Counted from the first letter of the stretch, positions 10,283-19,786 are shown. The stretch: 58,217 nucleotides of DNA from Bacteroidales bacterium (GCA_028282585.1 JANQHR010000024.1:1-58217); one strand, 5' to 3'. Numbers and translations are program-made. Notes: generated by a model from the letters alone, not told the origin.

Positions 10283-12139
10283 ATGAATTTAACGAGAACT
10301 TTTGATTTGTTGGATCGATATAAGGAGTTATATCCAATGGAAGATGCTCTAGCTGGGAAACAGGATGGGAAATGGATTAAGTATAGTACGCAGGATTATA
10401 TCAATTATTCGAATTGGGTAAGTTATGGTCTTTTAGCTTTAGGTTTTAAAAAAGGAGATAAAATTGCAACCATATCTAATAATCGACCTGAGTGGAATTT
10501 GGTTGATATGGGATTAGCTCAGATCGGAGTTACCCATGTCCCAATATATCCAACCATAAGCACTGAGGAATATGACTATATTTTAAAACACTCTGAGGTT
10601 AAAGCTGTCGTAGTATCCAGCAAATTAATCTGGAATAAGATCAGTTCAGTGGTTGAAAGCATTGATTCAATTCAATCGGTTTATGCTTTTAATGATTTTG
10701 AAGAACTTCCATCATGGCAAGTTATCACAGAAAAAGGAAAACAAAACGAAGAAAAATTCAAAGACGAAGTTCTTAAAATTAAGGCCAGCATTGGTGAACA
10801 TGAAATGGTAACTTTGATTTATACCTCCGGAACCACTGGTAATCCGAAAGGGGTAATGCTATCACACAATAATCTGGCAACCAATTTTATTAGCACCTCA
10901 AAAGCGCATGCTTTAGGATATGGCCACAAAACGCTAAGTTTTTTACCACTTTGTCATGTTTACGAGCGAATGATGAATTATCATTTCCAGTACAAGGGTA
11001 TTAGCATTTACTATGCAGAAAGCTTAGGTACTATTACTACAGATATAAAAGATGTAAGTCCTGATATCTTTAATACAGTACCACGCCTGCTTGAAAAGGT
11101 GTATGATGGAATTATTGGAAAAGGTAAAAACCTTACAGGTATCAAAAAGCAGATCTTCTTTTGGGCCGTAAATCTTGGATTAAGATATAGATTGAGAAAT
11201 AAATACCGCTATTTCTACAATCTTAAATTAAAAATTGCCCGTAAATTAATTTTTAGCAAATGGAAAGAAGCTCTTGGAGGCAAAGATCTGTTAATTGTTT
11301 CGGGCGGTGCCGCACTTCAGGAAAGGTTAGCAAGAATATTCTGGGCTGCCGGAATATCAGTACTCGAAGGATATGGGTTAACAGAAACATCTCCGGTAAT
11401 TGCAGTTAATTTTCACACTCCTTGTATTTGTAAATTCGGAACTGTTGGTCCGGTATTGGAAAATGTGGAAGTTAAAATTGCTGATGATGGTGAAATTTTA
11501 GCTAAAGGACCAAATGTAATGCTTGGATACTACAAAGCTCCGGAACTTACAAAAGAAGCAATTGATGAAGATGGATATTTCCATACAGGAGATATTGGAT
11601 TTGTTGATGAGGAAGGATTCCTGAAAATTACTGATCGCAAAAAAGAAATGTTTAAAACTTCAGGTGGGAAATATATAGCACCTCAGGTTATAGAAAATAA
11701 ATTAAAAGAATCTTTCTTTATAGAGCAATTAATGGTTATTGGAGAAAATGAGAAGTTTGCTAGTGCATTAATTTCACCAAACTTTAAGTTTTTACATGAC
11801 TGGTGTTCTATTCACAAAGTTCAATATCGTGATAATAAGGAGTTAATTCAATTACCTCAAGTTATCGCCAGATATCAAAAAGAAGTTAATAAATATAATC
11901 AAGAGCTTGGAGAAACTGAAAAAATTAAAAGATTCCGTTTGGTTTGCGAAGAATGGAGCCCTCAAACAGGGGAGCTTTCTCCTACTCAAAAATTAAAAAG
12001 AAGTGTCATCTATGAAAGGTATCAAAATATAATTGCTGAAATTTATCAGCACGATAAAAAACAACAGGGAGATGAAACTAAATCAAGATTCTCTGTTTCC
12101 GGAATTAAAAACTCGATAAAGAAAAATGCCTCTGAATAG
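10283..12139 (+). CDS. Long-chain fatty acid--CoA ligase (AMP-dependent synthetase)
   Basis: YTSGTTGNPKGVML, SFLPLCHVYER, GYGLTETSP, FHTGDIG, DRKKEMFKTSGGKYIAP. Confidence 0.93.
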   Translation: MNLTRTFDLLDRYKELYPMEDALAGKQDGKWIKYSTQDYINYSNWVSYGLLALGFKKGDKIATISNNRPEWNLVDMGLAQIGVTHVPIYPTISTEEYDYILKHSEVKAVVVSSKLIWNKISSVVESIDSIQSVYAFNDFEELPSWQVITEKGKQNEEKFKDEVLKIKASIGEHEMVTLIYTSGTTGNPKGVMLSHNNLATNFISTSKAHALGYGHKTLSFLPLCHVYERMMNYHFQYKGISIYYAESLGTITTDIKDVSPDIFNTVPRLLEKVYDGIIGKGKNLTGIKKQIFFWAVNLGLRYRLRNKYRYFYNLKLKIARKLIFSKWKEALGGKDLLIVSGGAALQERLARIFWAAGISVLEGYGLTETSPVIAVNFHTPCICKFGTVGPVLENVEVKIADDGEILAKGPNVMLGYYKAPELTKEAIDEDGYFHTGDIGFVDEEGFLKITDRKKEMFKTSGGKYIAPQVIENKLKESFFIEQLMVIGENEKFASALISPNFKFLHDWCSIHKVQYRDNKELIQLPQVIARYQKEVNKYNQELGETEKIKRFRLVCEEWSPQTGELSPTQKLKRSVIYERYQNIIAEIYQHDKKQQGDETKSRFSVSGIKNSIKKNASE

Positions 12140-12146
12140 AGGAATT

Positions 12147-13595
12147 TTATTTACTTTTTTCTTTAAATATATACATCCCGGTGAAAGTTATCAATCCATT
12201 TAAAATTAAAAGCTCAAATCCAAATTGGTAACCTCCTAATAATTCAGTAGAAAAAGTATTTAATACAAAGCAAATTACTGGAGAAGCTATTGCAATCATC
12301 GGAACATATTCATCTTTCGTTTTTAAATTGGTAAACATTCCAAAAGCATACATTCCTAACAATGGCCCATATGTATATCCGGCAACTCTGAATATGGCAC
12401 TTATAACACTTTCATTATTTATGGCATTGAAAATTAAAATCACAATAACCAAAGCAACAGAAACACCTACATGAACCTTTTTTCTAATTGCTTTTAATTC
12501 TTCCTCTGTTTTATCTTTTGGATTCAATATGTCTACTGTAAATGAAGTAGTCAATGCTGTTAGTGCTGAATCAGCACTACTGTAAGCTGCTGCTACAAGT
12601 CCGATAATAAAAAATATCGAAACAACAGGACTTACATAACCCTGAGTTGCAATTAAAGGGAATAGATCATCAGTTCGTTCCGGAATTAAAATTCCATTTT
12701 GTTGAGCAAATACCACTAGCAAAACTCCCAAAGACATAAACAGTAAATTAACAGGTACCAGTGAAAAACTCATCCAGTACATATTCTTTTTGGCCTCATG
12801 AATATTCCTGCAGCTCAAATTTTTTTGCATCATATCCTGGTCCAAACCTGTCATTACAATTGCTATAAAAGCTCCGGCAAAAAACTGTTTAAAGAAGAAA
12901 TCTCTCGCTGTAAAATCCTCAAAATAAAATAGTTTGGAATGTTCATTGTCAACTATTGTTTCCACCAAACCTCTGAAATCAAGATTCAATTCTTTAGTGA
13001 TTAAAATGATTGTGACTCCAACAGCAAGAAGCATAAAAATAGTTTGTAAGCTGTCCGTCCATATAATCGTTTTTATACCTCCTTTAAAAGTGTATAACCA
13101 AATAAGTAAAATAGTTATAACAACAGTAATCCAAAAAGGAATATTCAACGCATTAAACACCGTAATTTGAAGAACATTTGCTACAAGAAATAATCTAAAT
13201 GAGGCTCCGATAACTCTCGACAATAAGAAAAAAGAAGCACCGGTTTTATAGGAATAGTTTCCAAATCTTTGACCTAAATAAGTATAAATCGAAGTTAAAT
13301 TTAATTTATAATACATTGGCATCAATACATTTGCAATAACAGCATATCCGAGCAGATATCCTAATACCATTTGCATGTAGGAGAAATTGCTATCTACAAC
13401 CCAGCCGGGCACAGAAATAAAAGTTACTCCTGAAAGCGAAGCGCTTATCATTCCAAAGGCTACTATGTACCAAGGAGATTTTCTATTTCCCAGAAAGAAT
13501 GATTCGTTATTGGCATTTTTACTTGTTAAAAAAGAAATGAAAATTAAAACAAGAAAGTATGCAACAATTATGAATAAAATCAAAAAGGGCGACAT
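12147..13595 (-). CDS. Sodium:solute symporter (SSS family)
   Basis: Polytopic membrane protein; FFLGNRKSPW, SGVTFISVPG, GGIKTIIWTD, GLDQDMMQK, AAAYSSADS. Confidence 0.92.
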   Translation of the reverse strand: MSPFLILFIIVAYFLVLIFISFLTSKNANNESFFLGNRKSPWYIVAFGMISASLSGVTFISVPGWVVDSNFSYMQMVLGYLLGYAVIANVLMPMYYKLNLTSIYTYLGQRFGNYSYKTGASFFLLSRVIGASFRLFLVANVLQITVFNALNIPFWITVVITILLIWLYTFKGGIKTIIWTDSLQTIFMLLAVGVTIILITKELNLDFRGLVETIVDNEHSKLFYFEDFTARDFFFKQFFAGAFIAIVMTGLDQDMMQKNLSCRNIHEAKKNMYWMSFSLVPVNLLFMSLGVLLVVFAQQNGILIPERTDDLFPLIATQGYVSPVVSIFFIIGLVAAAYSSADSALTALTTSFTVDILNPKDKTEEELKAIRKKVHVGVSVALVIVILIFNAINNESVISAIFRVAGYTYGPLLGMYAFGMFTNLKTKDEYVPMIAIASPVICFVLNTFSTELLGGYQFGFELLILNGLITFTGMYIFKEKSK

Positions 13596-13714
13596 TTAGA
13601 ATAAATTTGTTAAGACCAAATGCAAGGATACTAAAAACAATTCGAACAAAAAATTGCTAATAGTCCTATTTGATATTAATTTTGGACTTTAAAACATAAG
13701 AAATAATTGGATAA

Positions 13715-14335
13715 ATGAATATACAGGGTTTTACATCGAAGTTATTGGAAAGTGCTGTTGAAGAGTTTTCAAAATTACCCGGAATAGGGAAAAAGACAGC
13801 TTTACGATTAGTACTTCACTTGTTAAATCAGGAAAAAGAAGATGTTACGCATTTTGGAGAAACCATAATAAAACTTAGAAACGAAATTAAACATTGTAAA
13901 AGTTGTAATACAATCTCAGATACTGATTTATGTACTATTTGCAGTGATAAATCACGTGATGGATCAGTCATCTGTGTGGTTGAAAATGCAAGAGACGTAA
14001 TGTCAATTGAGAATACTCATCAGTTTAATGGACATTATCATGTTTTAGGTGGAATTATATCGCCAATGGATGGTATTGGTCCAAATGACTTAAAGATCGA
14101 CAGTCTGCATAAAAAAATTGAAGACGGAACGGTTAAAGAATTAATACTCGCCTTAAGTACCACAATGGAGGGAGATACAACAAATTTCTATCTTTATAAG
14201 AAATTCAAAACCTTCAATTTAAAGATCACTACTTTAGCTCGTGGAGTTGCGATCGGTGATGAATTGGAATATGCAGACGAGATTACATTGGGTAGATCAA
14301 TTGTTAATAGAACTTTATTTGAATCTTCGATTTAA
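13715..14335 (+). CDS. recR: Recombination mediator RecR
   Basis: [12 protein letters not shown] (HhH), CKSC..CTIC zinc finger, [37 protein letters not shown]. Confidence 0.98.
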   Translation: MNIQGFTSKLLESAVEEFSKLPGIGKKTALRLVLHLLNQEKEDVTHFGETIIKLRNEIKHCKSCNTISDTDLCTICSDKSRDGSVICVVENARDVMSIENTHQFNGHYHVLGGIISPMDGIGPNDLKIDSLHKKIEDGTVKELILALSTTMEGDTTNFYLYKKFKTFNLKITTLARGVAIGDELEYADEITLGRSIVNRTLFESSI

Positions 14336-14399
14336 TCTTACATATTTGAAAAATATTTATTATTTTCACCACATAAAGCATCTAGTAAATTACCACAAA

Positions 14400-15146
14400 A
14401 TGAAGCAAATTCTCCTATTCTTTTCTTTAGTTTTGTTACTAAACTCAAGTTTATTTGCACAAGCTGATGTAGAATCATTAGTTGATGTGGGAAATGATTT
14501 AGTGAAATTAAGTAGGTATGATGAAGCAATGGAAAAGTTTAATGAAGCTTTGGACTACTTGCCTTCATATGCTCCCGGACTTGATGCCAAAGCAAATCTT
14601 TTAATCATTTTAGAAGATCATAAAAGCGCTCATAAATTGATTGATAATGCTATTAAACAAAATTCAGATTACCCCGATTTTTATCTAACAAGGGGCACAA
14701 TTCTTATACATAAAGGAAAATTCGAAAATGCAATTGAAGACTTAAACCGCGCATTAGATTTGTCTAAAGGCGAAAATAATACACACTTTGAAAATAAGAT
14801 TTATGTTAGTAGAGGTGCTGCATACCAAAAACTATTCGATTTCGAACAAGCCTTAAATGATTACTCTAAAGCAATTCAGTTAAATGACAATAATCCAAAT
14901 GTTTTTCTTTACAGGGGATATCTTTATTATCAAACGAATGAGTACGAAGAAGCAATTAAAGATTTTAATATTGTTATTGAAATAGATCCTGAAAACCCTT
15001 ATGCATATTATAATAGGGGAATGGCCTATTTAAAACAAGTTAAAGATGATGAAGCTTGTGATGATTTCCATACGGCATGTGAATTAGGAAACACCAACGC
15101 CTGTAAAATGGTTGTTGTTAATTGTATAGATTTACCAGGTCAATAA
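14400..15146 (+). CDS. Exported tetratricopeptide-repeat protein
   Basis: Start moved to ATG 14400 (MKQILLFFSL... signal peptide, LFA|Q), which removes the overlap with recR; multiple TPRs (YLTRGTI, SRGAAY, YRGYLY, NRGMAY); C-terminal ACDDFHTACELG. Confidence 0.88.
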   Translation: MKQILLFFSLVLLLNSSLFAQADVESLVDVGNDLVKLSRYDEAMEKFNEALDYLPSYAPGLDAKANLLIILEDHKSAHKLIDNAIKQNSDYPDFYLTRGTILIHKGKFENAIEDLNRALDLSKGENNTHFENKIYVSRGAAYQKLFDFEQALNDYSKAIQLNDNNPNVFLYRGYLYYQTNEYEEAIKDFNIVIEIDPENPYAYYNRGMAYLKQVKDDEACDDFHTACELGNTNACKMVVVNCIDLPGQ

Positions 15147-15167
15147 TTATTATATAATATAATACTG

Positions 15168-15200
15168 AAAGGAGAGCCGTTTAGCTCTCCTTTTTATTTT
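15168..15200. terminator. Bidirectional intrinsic terminator
   Basis: AAAGGAGAGC-cgttta-GCTCTCCTTTTT between convergent genes. Confidence 0.8.
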
Positions 15201-15213
15201 AAAATTGCATATG

Positions 15214-16443
15214 TTAGAATGAATATTTTGCTCCTAACTGAATTCTGTGATTAAATGTTGGATCAGCTGTTTCGTCTGCTTTACCCTTAGAATCAAATGT
15301 AGAACCGTATATTGCACTTGTAAACATATGTTCCAGTATGAAGGTCATTTTTCCAGAAGTATACTGTACTCTGGGAGATATTCTCATAATACTATGAAGA
15401 TTTTCTCCACGTGCGTAATTTAGGCTAAAGTAATCTTCGCCAGCTCCCATATTCTGTGAATAACCGAAGAAAATACCTGCATTTAAGACATCAAAATTAG
15501 TTATCACTTCGGACCATAAACTTAAAGTTCTTAAGTTAGTATATGAGTAATCTTCATTACCAATCAGTAAAGGGTCTTCCGAAGCCCCATAGCCACCGAT
15601 CATAACCAAATGCGATAAGTTTTCACCATAAATACCTTCAACTTTAATTATTAATGGGCTGGTAGTAAATTTTGCGAAAACTTGAAAATTATAACTGCCT
15701 ATTTTCTCATCAGTTTTTGTGTTTGTTAGTGTAACTTCGGTTCTTGGCTGTAAAATTTTATATCCAGCGGTAAAACCTGTATATATAAAATCATTATGAA
15801 AACGGAACTGAAATTGCATATCAGGAACTCCAGAGTTTTGTAAAGCATCTGTTGGACCTACACTTTTAAAATCTCCATGCATAAGTAAAGCTCCCATAAA
15901 ATCGAGATTTGAAGTTGGCTTAAAAGTATATCTGATTTGAGGTGCCCTGTTTAAAGGATGAAAAGGAGCTCCTGCGCCAAAAGAGAATACGCCCGGATAA
16001 CAACCTGTAACAAACATTGGATGCCATGTTTGCCCAACCAATAACTGTGCTTTATCCCAATCTAATTGTGCGAATGCATGACGAAGTCTAAACATTCTTG
16101 TATAATCTTGTCCCGTTCCTAAAAAATCTCCCTCAATTACAGCTTTCGATTTCGCTCCAAATGCAGATAATCCAGATGCCGTTAATCTGGCTCTTGACTC
16201 TACGGAAATCATTTGAGCGTGAAAGTTCTTATTTAAATCGTCACCATTTGCATCCAAATCTTCTGCTAAAGGATATAAATACACTAGTTCGTCACGAGTT
16301 GTAGCAGACTCATAGGTATCGAAGAAGAAATTATAACCCACATATCCACTGAAACCCACTGATAATTTTTCAGTTTCTTCTTGTGCGATAAGTATAAATG
16401 GAAACATTAAAGCAATAATAAGTAAAAGGAAAAATCTTTTCAT
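15214..16443 (-). CDS. Outer-membrane porin, DcaP-like beta-barrel
   Basis: Signal peptide LIA|Q; FSGYV, ESRARL, IEGDFLG, FRLRHAFAQLDW, LLVGQTW; C-terminal aromatic AKYSF. Confidence 0.75.
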   Translation of the reverse strand: MKRFFLLLIIALMFPFILIAQEETEKLSVGFSGYVGYNFFFDTYESATTRDELVYLYPLAEDLDANGDDLNKNFHAQMISVESRARLTASGLSAFGAKSKAVIEGDFLGTGQDYTRMFRLRHAFAQLDWDKAQLLVGQTWHPMFVTGCYPGVFSFGAGAPFHPLNRAPQIRYTFKPTSNLDFMGALLMHGDFKSVGPTDALQNSGVPDMQFQFRFHNDFIYTGFTAGYKILQPRTEVTLTNTKTDEKIGSYNFQVFAKFTTSPLIIKVEGIYGENLSHLVMIGGYGASEDPLLIGNEDYSYTNLRTLSLWSEVITNFDVLNAGIFFGYSQNMGAGEDYFSLNYARGENLHSIMRISPRVQYTSGKMTFILEHMFTSAIYGSTFDSKGKADETADPTFNHRIQLGAKYSF

Positions 16444-16520
16444 AGTTTTTCTGGTTTAATTTTTTATTATAAATAATTACATATCATTTAGTTATCACAT
16501 AGATAAAATAAGCTCTAAAT

Positions 16521-16553
16521 AAAAATCAGGGATTATTATTTAATCCCTAATTT
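16521..16553 (-). terminator. Probable terminator after the first receiver gene
   Basis: AGGGATTA-ttatt-TAATCCCT with an A5 tract on + (U tract on -). Confidence 0.55.
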
Positions 16554-16590
16554 CGCAAAGTTTGATATAAAAAGTAATTCAAATCTTGAA

Positions 16591-16974
16591 TTACAAAATA
16601 CTCTCAATCATTGCGGACTTTACTTTATTTCTTACATCTTGTATGTTGATTGGTTTTGTAATATAATCAAAAGCGCCTTTATCTAAAGCATTTTTTATAC
16701 TCCAAGAATCTGTTTTTGCTGAAATGATAATTACGTTTACACCCTTCAATTTCACATTTGACTTGATTAAATCCAGAACCTGAAAACCATCCATCCCCGG
16801 CATCATTATATCTAATAAAACAACTTGATATTCTTTTTCCAATAGAAGATCAACCACGGTTTTAGGATCATCAGTAATTTCGGTCTCATAGCCCTCGTCA
16901 CGCAAAATTGTCTGAAGCAATAATAAATGTGTTGAAAGGTCGTCAACGATTAATATCTTTCCGTGTGTAGACAT
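16591..16974 (-). CDS. Single-domain response regulator (canonical receiver)
   Basis: IVDD, LLDIMMPGMDG (phospho-Asp), ISAK, YITKP. Confidence 0.93.
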   Translation of the reverse strand: MSTHGKILIVDDLSTHLLLLQTILRDEGYETEITDDPKTVVDLLLEKEYQVVLLDIMMPGMDGFQVLDLIKSNVKLKGVNVIIISAKTDSWSIKNALDKGAFDYITKPINIQDVRNKVKSAMIESIL

Positions 16975-17044
16975 TAGTAATGTGTTTACTATTAGTTACC
17001 TTAATTAAACATCACAAATAAACACAATTTTATATAAATTTTCT

Positions 17045-17060
17045 TAGGTAAAAATACCTG
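17045..17060. promoter_or_regulatory. Palindromic operator TAGGTA-AAAA-TACCTG
   Basis: Near-perfect inverted repeat, 22 bp from the -7-like TTTATTTG (17015-17022, - strand). Confidence 0.6.
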
Positions 17061-17065
17061 ATTCT

Positions 17066-17091
17066 AAAAAAAGGAGGCTTCTCAGCCTCCT
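17066..17091 (-). terminator. Intrinsic terminator
   Basis: AGGAGGCT-gaga-AGCCTCCT followed by a U tract on the - strand. Confidence 0.85.
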
Positions 17092-17141
17092 AACAACAAC
17101 AAACTAATAAATAACAGCTAAACTCAGTTTAACTTTACTTA
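17066..17141 (-). ncRNA. Candidate ~75-nt small RNA (independent or 3'UTR-derived)
   Basis: -7-like TAACTTCG at 17154-17147; 5' hairpin AGUUAAAC-uga-GUUUAGCU; unpaired GUUAUUUAUUAGUUUGUUGUUGUU; strong terminator; no AUG inside. Confidence 0.5.
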
Positions 17142-17231
17142 CAATACGAAGTTAATTATTAATTTGAATGTAACGAAAATTTTTCTTACTAATTTTGATG
17201 AAATAATCAGAATATTACGAAAATACGACTA

Positions 17232-17624
17232 TTAAATGTATTTTTTTAGTTTAAGAAAAAGATCTGTTATTAAAATTGGTTTTGCCAAATAATCATTACA
17301 TCCGGCTTTTAAGTATCTTTCTCTATCGTTTGACATTGCGTGCGCTGTTTGCGCAATTATTGGAATAGTCTTATTAAACTCACGAATTCTTTCGGTTGCC
17401 TTATCTCCACTCATACCCGGTAATTGTATATCCATTAATACCAAACTTAGATCCGGAGTGTTTTTAACTATCTCAACAGCCTCTAATCCATTTTTTGTAA
17501 CTATAGTTTTAATATTAGTCTCAGAAAGCACTTCGATCAAATACTCAACGCTAAACACATCATCTTCAACAATTAATACTTTCTTCGAACTCCAGTCGAA
17601 TTTAAATCCTAACTCGGGCTCCAT
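17232..17624 (-). CDS. Single-domain response regulator (hybrid-kinase-type receiver)
   Basis: IVEDD, LMDIQLPGMSG, QTAHA, GCNDYLAKP. Confidence 0.93.
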   Translation of the reverse strand: MEPELGFKFDWSSKKVLIVEDDVFSVEYLIEVLSETNIKTIVTKNGLEAVEIVKNTPDLSLVLMDIQLPGMSGDKATERIREFNKTIPIIAQTAHAMSNDRERYLKAGCNDYLAKPILITDLFLKLKKYI

Positions 17625-17856
17625 TTATAAATCTAAGTTTTACAGTTAATAAACTAAGAATAACGAAATATATAAAAAAATATTTACTCTTAAATTAATT
17701 GTTTATCTAATTTAATAAATACTTTTAAATACACATTAAATTTTCTAAGTGCTCTTGCAAATCCACGCTTTAATATTCTAGTTGTTTTAATTTTATATTA
17801 AATCTAATGCGATCCTTATTTTTTTAATATAAACTTTACTTCCTATTTATTAAATC

Positions 17857-18252
17857 CTAAGTATGACAATTATTTTTTCTAAATTTTTCTTTCGTTATTG
17901 CTTGCCTGACTTTGTTTTTTAAATCCCTTAAGTTAAGAGGCTTTATTAAATAATCATAGGCCCCTAATTCAAAAGCTTTTTCAATTTCGCCAACACTTGT
18001 CCTACTAGAGGTTACTATTATTGGAGCAAAAAAGTTGTATTTATTTCTTAGTTTTTTAAGAAACTCAAACCCTTCGTGATTATTCATATGTAATTCAATC
18101 AAAATTAATTCAGGATCAAATTCAGTAATCATTTCTGGAAATTCAGATTCTTTATCTGAAACTATTACCTCAAAATCATCATTTTCCATAATTCCCTTTA
18201 TAAAGAAAAGGTATGGAGAAAGTTCATCTATTATTAGAATTTTAGATTTCAT
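17857..18252 (-). CDS. Atypical single-domain receiver (phosphoacceptor Asp replaced by Glu)
   Basis: IIDE; LILIELHM in place of LxLxDxxM; VTSS and GAYDYLIKP retained. Confidence 0.85.
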   Translation of the reverse strand: MKSKILIIDELSPYLFFIKGIMENDDFEVIVSDKESEFPEMITEFDPELILIELHMNNHEGFEFLKKLRNKYNFFAPIIVTSSRTSVGEIEKAFELGAYDYLIKPLNLRDLKNKVRQAITKEKFRKNNCHT

Positions 18253-18270
18253 TTTAACAGGTTATAATAA

Positions 18271-18278
18271 CAAATGTA
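18271..18278 (-). promoter_or_regulatory. -7 element for the atypical receiver gene
   Basis: CAAATGTA on + reads TACATTTG on -, an exact TAnnTTTG match. Confidence 0.6.
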
Positions 18279-18300
18279 TTTAAGAATGATTACACATTTA

Positions 18301-18450
18301 ATGGGATTATCACCTGAAATTAGCACTGAGTATAAATACCTATAATTATTTAGTTATAATCAAATATTAAGGTTTGTATTTGAATTAGTTACGAAAATTA
18401 CGCTTAAATAAGTTATTTTAGATCATGAAACCACTAGGTATTTTCACTTG
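18301..18450. promoter_or_regulatory. Three further palindromic operator copies
   Basis: ATGGGA-TTAT-CACCTG (18301-16), TGAGTA-TAAA-TACCTA (18327-42), TAGGTA-TTTT-CACTTG (18435-50). Confidence 0.5.
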
Positions 18451-18459
18451 GTATTTGTA

Positions 18460-19422
18460 TTAAGAAAGTTTGTAGAAACCATATTTAATTGCGAATACTG
18501 CAAGGCTCGCAGTGTTTCTACACTCGGTTTTGTTTAGAAGATTTGCGCGATGACCTTCCACAGTTCTATCACTTATACTCAATTCTTCGGCAATTTCGTT
18601 GTTTGAATAACCTTTGCATATTAATTGTAAAATCTCTTGTTCCCGTTGTGTAATATTAATATCTGTTTTCTTTGGAATAAAAGCTCCATTTAAAGAATCA
18701 TTTTTTACCCGAATTGCTCCAACAATACTTTTTTTCCCGTTCACATTAATACAGCTACCTGTTAAAAGAAAAGTAATAATTTTTTGATCACCCGTTAAAG
18801 CTCTAAACTCTGTTTGAATGTCTTTATGTATCCCTTTTAATAACCGACTAATTTTATCTATTACCAAATGAATATCATCTTTATAAATTATGTTTACTAA
18901 ATTCATTCCGATCAATTCTCGCTTGGAGTAAGAAACTAATTCGCAAAATTTCTTGTTTATATAAGATAGTTTTTCATCCTGATAAATAAAGATACCATCA
19001 GTTGAATACTCCATTAAAGTATTAAACTTTTCATCTGCCAATCCAATAATCATTTCTTGCTTTTGTAATCTTATTTCAATCAATTTAAGCAAGTCACTCT
19101 GATCATAAGGTTTTTCCAAATAATCGTCAGCACCAAGGTTCATCGCAGCTCGCACATCTTCATTTGTTGCTTTGTTCATTAAAAAAACAAATGGAATAAT
19201 TGCAGTAGAATTAATTTGTAAAAGTGTATTAAAAATTTCGTATCCGTTTAATCCATGTGCTTCTGAATCGCACAGTATAATATCAGGAAGAAATTCAAGT
19301 GCCTTTTGAATACCTGCAGTTCCTTCTGTCGTTGCTATTACTTCGAAATTATTACTTTCCAGAAATTTAGTGGTTTGGTTGAGTAATTTAATTTCTGATT
19401 CAATTAATAAAATTTTCTTCAT
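18460..19422 (-). CDS. REC-PAS-LuxR(HTH) transcriptional regulator with a degenerate receiver
   Basis: Receiver LIESE / ILCD / FLMNK / LEKP; PAS (STDGIFIY, YINKKFCELVSYSKRELIG); LuxR HTH ITQREQEIL...GYSNNEIAEELSISDRTVEGHRANLLNK. Confidence 0.9.
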   Translation of the reverse strand: MKKILLIESEIKLLNQTTKFLESNNFEVIATTEGTAGIQKALEFLPDIILCDSEAHGLNGYEIFNTLLQINSTAIIPFVFLMNKATNEDVRAAMNLGADDYLEKPYDQSDLLKLIEIRLQKQEMIIGLADEKFNTLMEYSTDGIFIYQDEKLSYINKKFCELVSYSKRELIGMNLVNIIYKDDIHLVIDKISRLLKGIHKDIQTEFRALTGDQKIITFLLTGSCINVNGKKSIVGAIRVKNDSLNGAFIPKKTDINITQREQEILQLICKGYSNNEIAEELSISDRTVEGHRANLLNKTECRNTASLAVFAIKYGFYKLS

Positions 19423-19771
19423 TAATTTTTCAAAATTGAATTTATTAAAGTTAAGAATTTTTTATGAGTTTTACATAATTATTTGATAAGCAGTTAATTT
19501 GAAATGACCAATTTAAAGTTTTTTTTTGTTGAAAATAAAAGCATTCGATCAATTGGTTTAGTTATATATTTATTAGTATCTGCTTTTTAAGCTTTTCTCA
19601 TTCTTATAATTTTCCATGAATTTAAAAAAAATTAAGAACTTTAACTTTATACGTTGAATTAAATATTGGCTAAAATATTGTATTGTACAACAGGTTACTT
19701 TACTTGTATTTGCAACATGGTTTTTGCAAATTCGCGTCAACTTCGTACAAAGTCGAAAGAAATTAATTATT

Positions 19772-19777
19772 AGGAGG
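19772..19777 (+). promoter_or_regulatory. Perfect Shine-Dalgarno AGGAGG
   Basis: AGGAGG 9 nt before ATG 19787. Confidence 0.6.
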
Positions 19778-19786
19778 AAAAATATA

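Noticed and set aside
14241-14399. Long N-terminal extensions in the ORF track (14241, 19724, 24662, 35770, 40075, 47351, 49324, 55526)
   Set aside because: Downstream ATGs give proper signal peptides or family N-termini and remove overlaps with neighbouring genes or terminators.
17072-17091. CCUCCU in the sRNA terminator as an anti-SD for the aminotransferase AGGAGG
   Set aside because: Only 6 nt of complementarity, and it is locked in the terminator stem.
17171-18402. Recurring T(T/A)ACGAAAAT at 17171, 17215 and 18389
   Set aside because: It is short and AT-rich with no consistent symmetry or promoter spacing, so it cannot be distinguished from chance without statistics.
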